In this document: positions 62,245-64,000 of the stretch, in pieces
How positions within the stretch are numbered: the stretch's first letter is position 1
Layout: each line of letters opens with the position of its first letter
Origin: Sphingomonas sp.
GTDB lineage: Bacteria; Pseudomonadota; Alphaproteobacteria; Sphingomonadales; Sphingomonadaceae
DNA length: 64,000 bases
Direction: 5' to 3'
Assembly: GCF_019746015.1 (NCBI RefSeq)
Contig: NZ_JAIESM010000069.1
Location: 22,208 to 86,207 of the forward strand
The notes under the pieces: generated by a model
Database searches by the model: none
The model's input: only the letters and a program-made list of their open reading frames with translations
What the model was told of the DNA's origin: nothing
Translations under genes and position numbers: made by a program

Positions 62245-63677
62245 CCGGCGCGGGCATGACGCCGGCGGCACGCCGCGTATCGCGGCTCACCCGCTGGTCG
62301 TTCGGCTTCGGCTCGATCGCTTACGGGGTGAAGGACGGCGGCTTCACCACCTTCCTGCTGCTCTATTATAATCAGGTGATGGGCCTGCCGCCCGGCCGGC
62401 TGGGGCTGGTGATTGCCGCCGCGCTGCTGGTGGAGGCGTTTGTCGACCCCTTTGTCGGCTTCCTGTCAGACATCACGCGCACGCCCTGGGGCCGGCGGCA
62501 CCCGTGGATGTATGCCTCCGCCCTGCCGGTGGCGCTGGGCTGGCTGCTCTTGTGGAACCCGCCCGCCGGCTGGTCTCAGGACGCGCTGCTCGCTTATGTG
62601 TTCGGATCGGCGCTGCTGGTGCGCATTGCGCTGTCGGCGTTCGAAATTCCCTCCGCCGCGATGGGGCCGGAGCTGAGTTCCGACTATGACGAGCGCACGC
62701 TGCTCTTCTCCTACCGCTATCTGTTCGCCTGGGCGGGCGGGCTGGGGATGCTGTTCCTCGCTTATGCCGTGTTCCTGGTGCCCGATGCCACGCATGCCGA
62801 TGGCCTGCAGAATCCGCTCGGCTATCAGCGTTATGCGCTGACCGGTGCCGTCATCATGGCGCTGTCGATCCTGTTGTCGTCGATGGGGCTGCACCCGGAG
62901 ATAAAGTCGCTGCCGAAGCCGGCGCCCACCCCGCCCGGCGAGCATTGGCGCGAATTCCGCGCCGCGATCCTGAACCGGGGTTTCCTGGTGCTGATCGCCG
63001 CCGGCACCTTTGGCTATACCGCGCAGGGCGTCGCCTTCACCATGTCGAACTATATCTATGCCTTTGTGTGGCAGTTCGACACCGCCACCCGCAGCATGGT
63101 GCCGGGGGCGCTGCTGATCGGGGCGATCTTTGCCTTCATCCTCGCGCCGCGCCTGTCGCGCGGGGGGGACAAGCCCCGGATCGCGGCGATCCTGACCATC
63201 ATGTCGGTGCTGCTGACGGTCGCGCCCTTCGTGCTCGACCTGCTCGGCTGGTTCCCGCCCAAGGGATCGCCTTTCCAGGTGCCGCTGCTGTTCACCATCT
63301 ACATTGCCGATATCACCTGCGGCGTGGCGGCCACCATCCTGGGCAGCGCGATGCTGGCCGATGTGGTGGAGGATTCTGAAATACGCACCGGCCGCCGGTC
63401 CGAAGGCGTGTTCTTCGCCGGCGGCTTCTTCGTGCAGAAAGTGGCCGGCGCGCTGGGTATTGGCGTGGCGGGGCAGATATTGGAACTGGCCGCCTTCCCG
63501 GCCAAGGCGGAAGTGGGGCAGGTGTCGGCGATGACCATCGACCGGCTGATGATCTACTACATCATCGCAGCACTCGCGCTGCGCTTTGCGACCGCCTTCT
63601 GGTACACGCGCTTTCCGTTCGGCCGCGCCGAACATGAGGCGCGACTCGCCCGGCTGGGGGCAAAGCCGGCTGAGTAG
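62241..63677 (+). CDS. GPH-family (MFS_2) transporter
   Basis: DPFVGFLSDITRTPWGRRHPW, ELSSDYDERT, ADVVED...GRRSEGVF; GTG overlaps the SDR TGA (alternative ATG at 62256). Confidence 0.88.
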   Translation: MTGAGMTPAARRVSRLTRWSFGFGSIAYGVKDGGFTTFLLLYYNQVMGLPPGRLGLVIAAALLVEAFVDPFVGFLSDITRTPWGRRHPWMYASALPVALGWLLLWNPPAGWSQDALLAYVFGSALLVRIALSAFEIPSAAMGPELSSDYDERTLLFSYRYLFAWAGGLGMLFLAYAVFLVPDATHADGLQNPLGYQRYALTGAVIMALSILLSSMGLHPEIKSLPKPAPTPPGEHWREFRAAILNRGFLVLIAAGTFGYTAQGVAFTMSNYIYAFVWQFDTATRSMVPGALLIGAIFAFILAPRLSRGGDKPRIAAILTIMSVLLTVAPFVLDLLGWFPPKGSPFQVPLLFTIYIADITCGVAATILGSAMLADVVEDSEIRTGRRSEGVFFAGGFFVQKVAGALGIGVAGQILELAAFPAKAEVGQVSAMTIDRLMIYYIIAALALRFATAFWYTRFPFGRAEHEARLARLGAKPAE

Positions 63678-63804
63678 GGCGGGTCGGCCCCAGCGCCAGA
63701 CAAATCTTGCCGTGCGGGGACCCCGAAAGCGTCGCGACGGCCATATTCAATGGGAGGGCGGTAAGCGCCGGACCAGAAGCGTCTCAACGACCCCGAAACC
63801 GGGC
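63678..63804. other. Structured, non-REP convergent intergenic segment; candidate small RNA
   Basis: GACCCCGAAA twice, AAGCGTC twice, GCCGT/ACGGC stem, GGCCC...GGGCC complementary ends. Confidence 0.3.
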
Positions 63805-64000
63805 CTAGCGCCGTCCGCGATAGGCGGGCAGCCGGAGCTTCCAGTGGATTGCTGCCGCCCGCAGCGCAAAGCCGCCCAGCGCGCCGATTGCGGCCGCTAC
63901 CGCCACCGGCGCGCCCGCCAGCACCAGCCCGACATAGAGCGCCGCCGCCAGCGCTGCCGCCGTCACATAAAGTTCGGGCCGCATCAGGATCGAGGGTTCG
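63805..64000 (-). CDS. TRIC / UPF0126 (YadS-like) membrane protein, C-terminal part
   Basis: Manual translation EPSILMRPELYVTAAALAAALYVGL...FALRAAAIHWKLRLPAYRGRR*. Confidence 0.8.
   Translation of the reverse strand, partial: EPSILMRPELYVTAAALAAALYVGLVLAGAPVAVAAAIGALGGFALRAAAIHWKLRLPAYRGRR

Noticed and set aside
63678-63807. Assignment as 6S RNA, SRP RNA, tmRNA or glycine riboswitch
   Set aside because: Hallmark motifs were not found, the zapA/ygfA context for 6S is absent, and the segment is 3' of both flanking genes.

Overview
High-GC alphaproteobacterial chromosome segment, most likely Sphingomonadaceae (many TonB-dependent receptors, sphingomonad-type GC-rich intergenic palindromes, and bamD-recN-ligA without lpxC in front). 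It is mostly core or soft-core genes: secF end, manA, bamD, recN, ligA, a LytS/LytTR pair, hslVU, gloA/gloB, a Mur-ligase paralogue with ldcA, thrS-infC, glnD, an MCP, mutS, maeB, and SDR/acyl-CoA dehydrogenase/MFS genes. Three things stand out. (1) A ~1.7 kb Rhs polymorphic-toxin remnant with an AT-rich centre (41141-42880). Its toxin tip has two TonB-box-like motifs ahead of a frameshifted, nonsense-broken Ntox44-type domain, followed by an intact lipoprotein in the immunity position; this hints at a TonB-hijacking Rhs toxin. (2) A TBDR / surface lipoprotein / TBDR cluster preceded by Pho-box-like half-sites in exact 11-bp register. (3) At least five families of REP/REPIN-like palindromes, including nested, chimeric and stop-codon-associated copies. 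No rRNA, tRNA, CRISPR array or transposase was recognised. All family assignments come from motif recognition by eye; no searches were run.
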